A DNA stretch of 64,000 nt from Macrostomum hystrix (lineage: Eukaryota > Animalia > Platyhelminthes), in the NCBI GenBank assembly GCA_950097015.1, contig CATNEN010000038.1:7750001-7814000 (forward strand), read 5' to 3'. The notes below the pieces were generated by a model. It did no database searches and had not been told where the DNA came from. It saw nothing but the letters and a program-made list of their open reading frames with translations. The translations under genes and the position numbers were made by a program. How positions within the stretch are numbered: position 1 is the stretch's first letter; each line of letters starts with the position of its first letter. This document shows, one piece after another, positions 24,975 through 37,228 of the stretch.

Positions 24975-27049
24975 ATTATCCCTAGCACAACTTTGGTGGC
25001 ATTCAGTGGGATATTAAATATTATAAAATAGCCCCTGTACACAAGCTTGCATCTTAAGTACAGGCTTTAGGTCAGTAGTGTATTTCTTTCTACATAGCAC
25101 AGTGTATATATTTTATAGATTATACTAATTAAAAGATAAAATGAAAATATCTAGCTACTTTAGTTTTATGATATATTAAAAAAGGCTTTAAAATAAACCC
25201 ATGAAGAAGATATATAAAACACAAACTCATAAAGATAACATGATCTTTATTTAATCAATTTGGCAATTAACTATTTATTTAATTCAAAATCACCTACATT
25301 AATAATAATTTTCCTATGATGGTGGGGGTTGCTTCTATTTTATTTTTATTGTCTAGTAGGCCAAATTGTAGGCATATTGCTAATTGAGGCCTCAGGGTTG
25401 CAATGGCTTGAGAAATTTTATAAGTGAGCACATCTTTACTAGTGCTTGTTATTATGTTTTGGTGTACATCAATGTGTGGTGGACAGACGTGTGTTGTGTG
25501 CCACCAGAGGGTCAGTGACCACCAGAATTTCTGCATTAAGCCTAAACATCAACATGGCTTACATTACATGTCCTTCAAATATAAATTTGAAGAAATAGTT
25601 TAAAAAGCTTTTCGCTTAGGCCCAGGAAAATTTTTGTGAAAATCAGTTAAGATATCTGGCTGATATCTAATCTAAAAGCTATGCCTTTTACATCTACATG
25701 TAGCACTAGGTTCGATTAATTGGCATTTGTTCTAGCAAGGTAAGCTAAGTAAGATGATGACCGCATTTCAGCGTCCGTTCCTGTTTCCAAGAACACACGA
25801 AACAAATTAAATTAAAACAAAAATACAAAACTGCCAGATTTTAGTCCTTAACTACAATTTTATAAAAAATAGCAGAAAAATTACAAACGTTTTACTTACT
25901 AAAATTATGCGCTTTTATCTGCCGAGATCTAGCCCATCCAACTATATTGTTGCCAGTTCTGTCCGATTATTTGGCATTTCATAAAACAGTTAATTAAAAT
26001 TGAGTCGAAAAAAACACAGCAGCTATGTTAACAAGTGCGAGTCGCGATCGTTCTTAAATTTGCGATAATTGATTACCATTATGTTTCTTGAGATTTTCCA
26101 AGGCGGCCGTCGAATGTACATAATTGACCAATTAAAAACTCATAACTTCTCTCAAGTACGGTTTCTCAAATTCGTACTGCGCTAGCCAATGGTGTGCTGA
26201 AAATAATTCCATGGAATTTTTCGCCCTATAGTCATAAAATTATTCCAGGAAACTCCAACAATCCACTTTAGCGGTTGTAGTTAACGTTGAAAAAAACAAT
26301 TTTAGTGATGATTTATTTTTAGCAGACTTGGGAAGGAAACGATAAAGCGAGGAAAGTGGAGAGAACGACAGAAGCAAACCACTAAATTATTTTGTTTCGC
26401 CTCCAAGCCAAATAGTTTAAAATAAACATCTCATGCTAGTCGCATAAAGAATTTTTGTTAAAAATAGAAATTATTTAACATCTTAGCATGCTATGCTCAT
26501 ACTGTACACGCTTATCGACAGGACCATCATTGCATATGGGAGTTAAGGGATCAGTTAGTCAAGATTTTCTTGGGGGGAAAATACTAGCAAACAAATTCTC
26601 AAAGACTAAGTAAACTAAACCGTTAAGCAATAATTGTAGATAAAATCATTCAAAGCAGAATGCCTTGAATGGAACGACACAAACAGCTAAATAAGTATCA
26701 TGGCCCCGCCTATTGCCATAACATAAAGCTTAAAAGGGAATCGGCAAACAAAAAAAACAACAGACAACTGATAAGAAAATAAAAATGTACAAACTATTAT
26801 GTACTTTAATTTTTCACTAATTTAAAAGGTGAACTTAGACGACAAAACTAAAGAAACCAGGAGGCCCTAGATAGAATTGAGGCTTTTGCTGATTCAACAG
26901 TTAAATAGCCTAAAAACATATCCGGACTAACAGTCTAAGAGAACAGAATACACATGACTATACTGTACACATAATTAATTCAGGGAATACATTCAACACT
27001 CTATATATCCTTTAAATGACCCTTTCTACTTACTTTAGAATGATTTACT

Positions 27050-27210
27050 TAAGCGTTAATAAATCCGGAAATTCTGAGACATCGTATTGTTTTGAAACCA
27101 CTGGCTTAAGGTTGCTTACAAATTACAGATGCATGCTATTTTTATGCAGCAAAAAGCAGATACGCATCGAGATAAGCATGTTACCGGAATTTTCCGGATT
27201 TAATTAAGCT
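27050..27210. repeat. Imperfect inverted repeat (MITE-like)
   Basis: TTAATAAATCCGGAAATTC...CAT versus ATG...GAATTTTCCGGATTTAATTAA. Confidence 0.5.
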
Positions 27211-27705
27211 TGACAAATATTAGTCCAGTAAAGTGAAGGGGATTTTAAGCATCAAGTTAGAAAAAAACACGAAACAATAACAAACACAGTGAGCATATGA
27301 ATACAGTAATCTCGCATAAATTAGGCAAAAAAACTGTAGACTAAAAAATAAGTTTTTGCTTGTTTTGCTTACTTTTTCTATTCCGCTAATTGTTAGCGGC
27401 GCTTTGAAACAAAGAAATAAAAAGTATAATTAAAGCAATAGCGGCCGGTCAATGTAAATCTTCTTGATCGATTGATTAAATTTGTAGATATTTTAGGCAT
27501 AACTTATTCTCGAAATACAACAGTGTTTCAAATTACTATTTAAAATTCTGTACATACTACTCAATCGATCAAGTTCAAGTAGTGTAATCAACCGAAAGTA
27601 ACGAGTAGCAGGCGGGAGCAGGCCATGCAGGAACAGGTTAATGCTGGGAGGGGGCTGGTCGGGTGGGAGGGGAGCGGAGGGATCGGAGACATTGGGGCTG
27701 GCTTG

Positions 27706-30700
27706 TCACTGCTGAGCGGCCGACGCGGCCGAAGCGGCATTGCTGCGCTGCTTTAGCAGGGTCCAATCGAAGGTGTAATCGAACTGATGATTGAGGGTGC
27801 GGAACAGGATGCGGAACAGCTGTCGCAGGTACATGTAGTCCGGCGCCTCTTCGAAGCGGAGGCCACGGCAATAGTTCAGGTACATTGTGAACTCGGCCGG
27901 GAAGCCTTTGCACAGCGACTCGACTGGTGTAGACATCTTCTTCTCACTGATCTTCTGGTACTTCTGCTTCTTTGTGGCGGCCTGAGTGGATGAAAATCAA
28001 GCAGTTTGTTATAAACTAACAATAGACGAAATTTTAGAGCTATTCCTCAGCAATTAACTATTCAGTCCATGAGATTTCATCCCTCAGTCCCTCAGCAGTT
28101 ATCCCTCAGTCCCTCAGCAGTTATCCCTCAGTCCCTCAGCAGTTATCCCTCAGTCCCTCAACAGTTATCCCTCAGTCCCTCAGCAGTTATCCCTCAGTTC
28201 TTTAGCAGTTATCCCTCAGTCCCTCAACAGTTATCCCTCAGTCCCTCAGCAGTTATCCCTAAGTCCCTCAACAGTTATCCCTCAGTCCCTCAGCAGTTAT
28301 CCCTCAGTTCTTTAGCAGTTATCCCTCAGTCCCTCAACAGTTATCCCTCAGTCCCTCAGCAGTTATCCCTCAGTCCCTCAACAGTTATCCCTCAGTCCCT
28401 CAGCAGTTATCCCTCAGTTCTTTAGCAGTTATCCCTCAGTCCCTCAACAGTTATCCCTCAGTCCCTCAGCAGTTATCCCTCAGTCCCTCAACAGTTATCC
28501 CTCAGTCCCTCAGCAGTTATCCTTCATTCCCTCAGCAGTTATCCCTCAGTCCTTCAGCAGTTATCCCTCAGTCCTTCATTGCCTCAGCAGTTATCTCTCA
28601 GTCCTTCAGCAGGAATCCCTCATTCCCTCAGTACCTTAACAGTGATCCTCCGGCCCGTCAGCGTATGTTTCTAGATTTAACTATTTCCTTGTCGTTATAG
28701 TAAAATTGCTATCAAGGCGTAAAGATCTCCACGCACTCACCTGCAGACCCTGCCAGGGCAGGGAGCCCCTGTTAAAGTACATCAGCACGTAGCCCAGAGC
28801 TTCCATATCGTCGCGCCTGGACTGCTCAATACCCAGGTGAGCGTTGATGGAAGCGTATCTGGCTGTTCCGGTCAAGTTTTTGTCTTCGCTGTAAAAAATA
28901 TTTCGTTGGAAAATTTCGGCCAATTCAAATTAAAAGCTAAGAAAGCATTTCATAACGCAGAGCCCTACCGATAAGCGATGTGCTTCCCAGACCGGCTGTC
29001 GCGGTACTTCTTGGCTAAACCGAAGTCAATGATGAACACCTGTAAATGGATGGGATGTGGGCGAGACTAGATATGACGTTGCTACCTTCATAAAATCATT
29101 CAGCTCAACCTTCAGATTATATGTATACCTTCAGGCCTCAAAAACACCATTGATCACAAGACACCATTCAGATCACAGGACACAATTCAGATCACAGGAC
29201 ACCATTTAGATCACAGGACACCATTCAGATCACAGGACACAATTCAGATCACATGACACAATTCAGATCACATGACACAATTCAGATCACAGGACACCAT
29301 TCAGATCACAGGACACCATTTAGATCACAGGACACCATTCAGATCACATGACACAATTCAGATCACATGACACAATTCAGATCACAGGACACCATTCAGA
29401 TCACAGGACACCATTTAGATCACAGGACACCATTCAGATCACATGACACAATTCAGATCACATGACACAATTCAGATCACAGGACACCATTTAGATCACA
29501 GGACACCATTTAGATCACAGGACACCATTTAGATCACAGGACACCATTCAGATCACATGACACCATTCAGATCACAGGACACCATTCAGATCATAGGACA
29601 CCATTCAGATCACAGGACACCATTCAGATCATAGGACACCATTTAGATCACAGGACACCATTCAGATCACATGACACCATTCAGATCACATGACACCATT
29701 CAGATCACAGGACACCATTCAGATCACAGGACACCATTCAGATCACAGGACACCATTCAGATCACAGGAAACCATTCAGATCACAGGACACCATTCAGAT
29801 CCCAGGACACCATTCAGATCACAGGAAACCATTCAGATCACAGGACACCATTCAGATCACAGGACACCATTCAGATCCCAGGACACCATTTAGATCACAG
29901 GAAACCATTCAGATCACAGGACACCATTCAGATCACAGGAAACCATTCAGATCACAGGACTCCATTCAGATCACAGGAAACCATTCAGATCACAGGACAC
30001 CATTCAGATCACAGGACACCATTCAGATCCCAGGACACCATTTAGATCACAGGAAACCATTCAGATCACAGGACACCATTCAGATCCCAGGCCATTCTCA
30101 ATGTCACGGGCCATCCTTAATGACTTTCTCCAAGAGTTTGCAAAACCGCACCTTATTGCAGTGCCGTCCAATGCCCATGAGGAAGTTGTCCGGCTTGATA
30201 TCCCTGTGAATGAAGTTCTTATTGTGCACATACTCGATGCGGTTGATCATCTGGTCGGCTAGCATGAGCACAGTCTTCATTGTGAAGCGCCTGGAGCAGA
30301 AACTGAACAGATCTTCCAGGCTTGGGCCAAGCAGGTCCATCACCAGAACATTGTAGTCCTTCTCAACACCGAACCATCTGGTTTAAAAAAGTTTTGTGCT
30401 ACGTATATTTTCAGTTTTAATGTAAAAAAATAAATAAATAAAAAATGTAACAATGGAGGGCTGTTGGCAATGGCATATAATTTGGTAACAGTAGACCCAC
30501 AGCCAGCGAGGTGATTCTGCCTATTCCGTAGACTCCTAAGCACACACGCACACAGATACTGAACGCAGGAACACGGTCACACAGGTTTCTGAATTGGGAT
30601 TGGACTTGACTCTAAACAGAAAATTCTGGACTACGAACTCCAGGTAGTTCCAGGGATCATCAGTCTGGGTCTCTCATTGCTTCAATTTGTGGCCAGGGTT

Positions 30701-33700
30701 ACAATTGGTAGCAACACCAGATAGGGTAGAAAATCTAGAGTTCAACAACCATCCCAGAATAAACGCCAACAGATAATGAATGGTCACGTGATCATACCGA
30801 ACATGAGGAATGCCGATGCCGCCCTGCAGCAGTTTGTACAGCTTGCTCTCGTACAGCAGCTGCGGGTGGCGAGCCTTCTGACTCTCCAGCTTGACAGCGA
30901 TTTCCTGTAGACAAGTTAGAGTGAATTCGACAGCACTGAGTCATTATGAGTTCTAATTACTGACTGCTTATGCAAGAGACATTTAAATTTCCCGAATGTT
31001 TTAAAAGAAAAAATAAGCTCTGCTTTTATTCCTAGAAGAGCTCATACTGTAATTTTTCTGTATTTTATGTATTCCAAGGATTTAAAATTTCATTAACAAT
31101 CCTAAACATTTAAATATTGATGGACAGTACTTATAGCAATAGGTTCTTTAAAAGTTCTACTTGAAAAACTTGGAAATGTTCTACTCAATCAGAAATATAT
31201 TTACATTAACAACCTGCAATTCATAGCCAAAAATAATTTGGTACTTAAGAAATGCTTTTTACTACTATCTCCAACGTAGTCTCTAATGTATTTCTAATTA
31301 ATATTGCAAAAAACTCATCTTTGTATATGTTCCTTTTTAATCATTTATACTAAACTATGTTTTCTCTAATATAAAATTTCCTAGGTAAAAACATATACAC
31401 TATTCCCTCTTTTTTCATAAAATACTTATCATTTCTAGGTTTAGGTTCTAAAGAGTTCTGCCATTTAGCATTGCCCTAGAATGAGTTTTATTTATCATAA
31501 GTATATTTTTAAAGCAGCACATATTACATTTTATGGCTAGCTAACTATGTATATTGCTGCTTCTATAGAAAAAGTCAGCATTTGAGAGATAGTATAGTCT
31601 CACTAGTACTGTGGCTTACACCAGAAAGAGAATATTCAAATTTTGCCATTTACAACATAAACAACAAAAAATTGGTATTCTTCACAAATTGTTTGCTAAA
31701 TGTTTGTTTAAAGTATTTAACATTTTTTCACATGAATAGCTCTTTAGTGTATTTAGACAATATATTTAAATAGTAAAAGTGACAACTTTGCACTTTTTGT
31801 TTTTAGTGATTCAACAATTTGAAGTTTGTGAGTTTTCTATTTTGATTTCAAACTCGTGCAAAAACATAGGAATCATGTCTTCTGACTTGGCTTTGATGCT
31901 TTTGAGTGTCCATGGCCCAAAAGCAAAAGTTTAGGTTAGAGGGACAGAAAATATGAGCACTCAGACTTATGTTTTTGCTAAGACCATTAAACAGTAAATC
32001 TATCTTATCAAAACTTTGTTAGGAATTGTTTAGGAATTTCTAGAGATATAAAAAGATGCAAAGAAAACAAAGTAATTTATTTTACCATTTTATTTGCTTG
32101 TGGGATGTGTAAACATGCTAAATTAGCTTTCAAGTGAAGAAAGTGCAAAAAACATTGAAATTAAATACTCATAGTTTAACAAACAATTCATGAAGTATGT
32201 CAAAAATACAAATATGGGAAAACAATCTTCTATGTAGTCTCTATAGTAATAAAAGCTATTTTTATTCTCTATAACAACAAACTAAACATCATAACTATCA
32301 ATTATAAATGATTTCTAATTGCTTGGATGTTCATTTTAAAACTAATTACAACATAGTTTGTCAAAAGTTTCAGCTTAGACAGTTAAGCAAAAAGCATGTT
32401 AAACTAAATTGGTGTTTTTTCCCAAGAGCTATGCCAGAAATTTCCTGCATAACCAGTGTCTTCTTATGATTGACATTAGTAGCACTACTCTGTTTTGTAG
32501 CTATTTTTAACAATTAATCCATTCTAAGCTTTTGTAATTTAGAGACTATATTTAATAATTATTTTTATTAGCTAAATCAAGCAAAAAGCAGACAAGAACA
32601 ATTGCCATTTTCAGAAAAAAAAACTTTAAGTTGAACTAGTGTGTTAGTAATTACTTTGTTTTTTGATTTAAATAATACTAAATGCAGTCAAATATGTTAA
32701 ACCTCAATACTAATTCAGTACTACTTTTGAATGTTAACTAGCATTTTACTAGGGTTATCTTTAATAGGTTGTATGCCTTTATTAAAGTTGAATCCTATTT
32801 GTTATTATTTTTAGTATGTCCTAAAAATATACATTTACATATACTCAACCCAGAACAGAACTTAAAGACTCTGATTCCTGATGCCATACTCACGAATGTG
32901 CTAAAGTGTATGCTGGAAAAAATTATCTTCTACGCCAAAAAATGAAATGTATGCCGGAAGCAAACTGTAGACCATAAAATGTACACCAGAAAGAAATAGC
33001 AACTGTATGCAAAATTTAGAAAAATGATGACTGGTCACTGGCACTCGGGGTTACTTACTTACTTTACTTACTTTGCAGGGGGGCCTGGGGCACTTGACGC
33101 ACAAACACAGGAACAGCATGCCCCCAGGCTAGCGAACTAGGCGAGAGCCGCCCATCGCGCCGCCTCCCCTGAGCAGGCACCTCACACACACAGCAGCAAG
33201 CCAAGCGGGGAAGGGGGCGGCAGCCAGAGTGCCTCTCACCCCAGGCCCGCACACGCACAGAGCAGACCAAGCCGGGGCGGAAGGCTGAAAGAAATCAGTC
33301 CTCAGGGGGGGGGGCGGGTGACGAGTGTACACTTTATCCAATGGCGCTGACGGAAATCCAGATGAGCGCGCGGCGGTGTACACCCGCCCCCCAGCCACCC
33401 CCCGCAAGGTCTAACGCCCCAGCGCCAACACACATAACTCATACAACGCAGAACAGGCACACAGAAAGGTAGGAGCGAAGCTATTTTTCAAGCTTTGATT
33501 GCACGAAATAAGGTGCACCTCTGCTGGTCACTACTGTCCAAACCCCCCCAACAAGTACCGAAATTAATCGTGACCTGAAGGGTGAATCGAACTAGCGTCC
33601 ACTAGCGGCACTCGGGGTTGGGGGTTATAGAAATTTGCCAGAAATCAATCTGGAAAAATATGGGAAACCAATCTTCTATGTAGTCTCTATAGTAATAAAA

Positions 33701-34360
33701 GCTATTTTTTACGATGTGTGCATGCAGCTTGTCTGCCTCTGCCTGGGCAGCACTGATAGCCGGCATATGGCAGCGTAGGCCGATGTATGCCGATATATGC
33801 CAGTATGCCAATGTTAAAATGTATCTCAGTATGCACTGTGTACTCCGGAAATCATATACCCCACCTAATCTAGTGCAAATGTATGCCGAATTTTTTCGGC
33901 GTACATGTAAGATTCGAGAGTATGGTCCTGATGTAGTGCTTAGTGTGCAGCAGTGGTAATTCTGTGATTGAATACACATTGTATAAAAAATTGTAGATGG
34001 AAGATAAAACTTATTTTTTACATACGCAACCCAAAAGCTTATATTAGACAAATAATAGCATTGTAGATAGAGTTATACTAATAGGCTTACTTAAATTTAG
34101 AACTATTAAATAAGTCAGTGAAACTAAAAAATACAAAAAAAAGAATGGTACTGTCAGCTAGTTTTATTTTCGGGCATTGAATAGTTTTAACATGCCCCAC
34201 AATTTGTGCAGGAATCGATATAAAAAACATGTCATACCTCTCCATTTGTTTGATTTACGCCAAGATAGATTTCGCCAAAAGAACCACTTCCTATTTTCTT
34301 GATTAGCCGATACTTCTGATTTACAATAAACTCTTTACTGTTTGCGCTTCCACTTGCCAT
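27706..34360 (-). CDS. CSNK1A1: Casein kinase I alpha
   Basis: Exons 34360-34238, 30904-30798, 30377-30152, 29039-28969, 28888-28741 and 27981-27706 with compatible phases. Motifs: [109 protein letters not shown]. Confidence 0.95.
28078..28632. repeat. 22-bp minisatellite
   Basis: CCCTCAGTCCCTCAGCAGTTAT units; CK1 alpha intron 5. Confidence 0.93.
29145..30090. repeat. 19-bp minisatellite
   Basis: CAGATCACAGGACACCATT units; CK1 alpha intron 3. Confidence 0.95.
32884..33925. mobile_element. Non-autonomous DNA transposon with imperfect TIRs and 8-bp TSD (CK1 alpha intron 1)
   Basis: Ends CCATACTCACGAAT... and ...ATTCGAGAGTATGG. TCCTGATG is duplicated at 32876-32883 and 33926-33933. Confidence 0.8.
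33053..33606 (-). mobile_element. Retroposed element (SINE or 5'-truncated LINE 3' end) with (AAGT)n tail and 13-bp TSD
   Basis: GGCACTCGGGGTT at 33040-33052 and 33607-33619. The minus-strand 3' end is CCCCTGCAAAGTAAGTAAAGTAAGTAAGT. It is a GC-rich island in an AT-rich intron. Confidence 0.82.
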
Positions 34361-35939
34361 GCTTAAAAATAGTGACTACTAAATGTTAGTTTAGCTAAAA
34401 TGACTACAAAATTTGCTATCTAAAGTAAAAAAATCAATCTGTAAACAGGAAATTTGATCAGATGAACGACTTTCCAGGAAATTAACAATTTGCTTGTACT
34501 TGCGCTTGAAAATGGGTCGCACTCCTAAGCTACTGTCATCTTCAAGTGATAAAAAAATTGAAATAAAATATTTACAGAACAAAATAATCTCATAAAAAGT
34601 TGTGCTACATTGTAAATCAGTATTCTACGACATTTCTGGCCAGTTGCTATTTTAATTTTTGTTAAAATATAATAATAAGCGTAATATAGACGATTTCGCA
34701 ATTTTGGAGTCAATTTAACTGAAAATTCTCCGTTGGACAATTTTAAGCACCATATATTGTGCGTTTTATGTGCTTTCTATATGTTGTATATCATTCCGTA
34801 ATATATCCGTAATATATATAAGTAACGGACTGCGGTATATAGATGACGTTAAGTCTATTCCCAGCTTCAGTCCATTTTCTACTTGATGTCATTGATAAAG
34901 TCTATAGCTCCATGACGATTGGGATCTCTTACAATAAGTGACAATTTGTCAAAAGTAAAAATGAAACGAAAATATACCGATCTTTTCCAACGCTTTCGAC
35001 TGAACATGTTTTTGAAACATCAAGTAACACCATTCAAGGTATTTGTCTTACTTTGTTAGTGGGACGACTGCAGTGTCAGTGTGCTTATCAAAGTACTTTT
35101 TTGTAACTAAAATTGCTGAATTTAACCAGTAATAGAATTTTTAAAAGCTATAAAGCATAGAAGTTAGATTTTAGCTCCATTGTTTACATTTATGCACCAT
35201 GCAGAAGCGGAATAAATTTTTACGTGTATATAGCGATCAAAAACTTTAGAAGAACCTAGCTGGATTGCTAGTGTATGAACAGTGCCTTCTCAGGTCAGAA
35301 ACAGGTGAGGCAGTGTGGTCAATGACTACTATTTTAATTGTTCATTCAAGCGAATTAGTGATTTTCAAGAATAAGCAAACTCGATAAGTGAAAAAAGCGG
35401 TTCCGGTAAGAAAATGCCGCATCTGAAAATTGCAGATATAAACAGCAGACATTTTTACTACAAAACACAAATAATTGTTTTCATGATACTTACTCATTAT
35501 TGAAGCAAAGAATATCGTACGGACAAAGAAATTGTCTTTAAGCAGCTTCAGTGGAAAACAAAAAAAATAAAGCTAGAAGAAGAAGAGGAGAGCAGAAACC
35601 AGTCTCCGTATTAGTCAGCAAAGCTATAACAAGAGTACACAAAAAATATCAGCATCTGCGGATTCCTGTGGGGCTGTGAAATGACTGCGAAGGAACAGTT
35701 GCTATTCATGCAATAAAAAGTGATGCTGTTAATTCTTAAGATATATATTATCTTATCTCCAAAATAGTTCTATTAATTTGCTGAAAGCATCATAACGAAA
35801 AGCAATAAAAATGGACGAAAAAAACACTACCATTAAACAAACAAAACAATGCTTCACTGCCACTCCGAGCTCAGCGCAACAAAATTTACCTTGCATATAT
35901 AATGCATATTAAGTACGTCATTAGCCACCTGGATGGGGC

Positions 35940-36330
35940 ATTTAGACACCTGGGTGTGTCACTAGACACTGGGTGGGTCATCAGACGCCTGGGTGAGTCA
36001 TCAGACACCTGGGTGGGTCATCAGACACCTGGGTGGGTCATCAGACACTTGGGTTGGTCATCAGACGCCTGGGTTGGTCATTAGATAACTGAGTTGGTCC
36101 TTAGATACCTGGGTCATCAGACACCTGGGTGGGTCATCAGACGCCTGGGTGGGTCATCGGACACCTGGGTGGGTCATCAGACGCCTGGGTGGGTCATCAG
36201 ACACCTGGGTGGGTCATCAGACACCTGGGTGGGTCATTAGACGCCTGGGTGGGTCATTAGATACCTGAGTTGGTCCTTAGATACCTGGGTCATCAGACAC
36301 CTGGGTGGGTCATCAGACGCCTGGGTCGGT
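35940..36330. repeat. 20-bp minisatellite
   Basis: CATCAGACACCTGGGTGGGT units. Confidence 0.9.
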
Positions 36331-36854
36331 CATTAAAACAAGAAAAAGGAGAAAATGTGGCGCAGCTGCGGAGTGGCAAATAAGCAACAGCCCCGATGAG
36401 CTCAGTGGTAGAAATGTGGGCAGAGCAGTTACTGCAGTCCTGAAAGCCGTGAAATTGATGAAATAATAACACTAGAAAGCGCATGGAACAGCTTGGACGA
36501 GGCGAGGCAGAATAGGCACGCAGAAATGATGAAATGTTAGGCATATTTGCAGATGCCCAACCAGCTGACAAAATAATATGGGCGCAGTTGCGTTGCGCAA
36601 TAAATCTCATGATTATTATCCAACGATTCCAGGATTTCGAGAAGCCAAGCAACTCAGTTAAAAACACAGTTACATACGTTCAAAAGGTCTGCATAGCGAC
36701 AAACTGAAAGAGCGAGTTGGCGACAAAAAACAACACACTTTGGGAATCGGCGGCAAAGAATGGGAGCAAACTATACCCGCAGTGCTAGATAAGGAGGGCG
36801 GGATGTACGCGTGAGATTCGCGGTCCGAGATTGGGAGAGATAGTGAAAGGGATC

Positions 36855-37168
36855 AGAGCGGGCCAATCAGGGGACTTCTCAACGTGCGATAACAGGGATC
36901 TCTCAACGAGCCAATCGGAGGAGCTCACAGCGGACCAATCAGGGGACTTCACAACTGGCCAGTCAGGGGAGTTCTCAGCGGTCCAATCAGGTAGCTTACA
37001 GTGGACCAATCAGGGAACTTCTTTACGGGCCAATCTGGGAACTCTTAACCGGCCAATTCAGGGAGTTCACAGCGGGCCAATTAGGGGAGATCTCGAAGGG
37101 CTAATCAGCCGGCCAATCAGGAAGCTCTCAATAAACCAATCGCGGAAGGACTTAACGGGCCAATAGGG
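36855..37168. repeat. Degenerate about 24-bp array, each unit carrying CCAATC
   Basis: Repeated GCGGGCCAATCAGGGGA-like motifs. Confidence 0.7.
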
Positions 37169-37228
37169 GTGGGGCTTTCAGCGAGCTGGGGTTGTTGGTC
37201 GGTCCATCAGTGGGTGTCTAGCAAGCGC

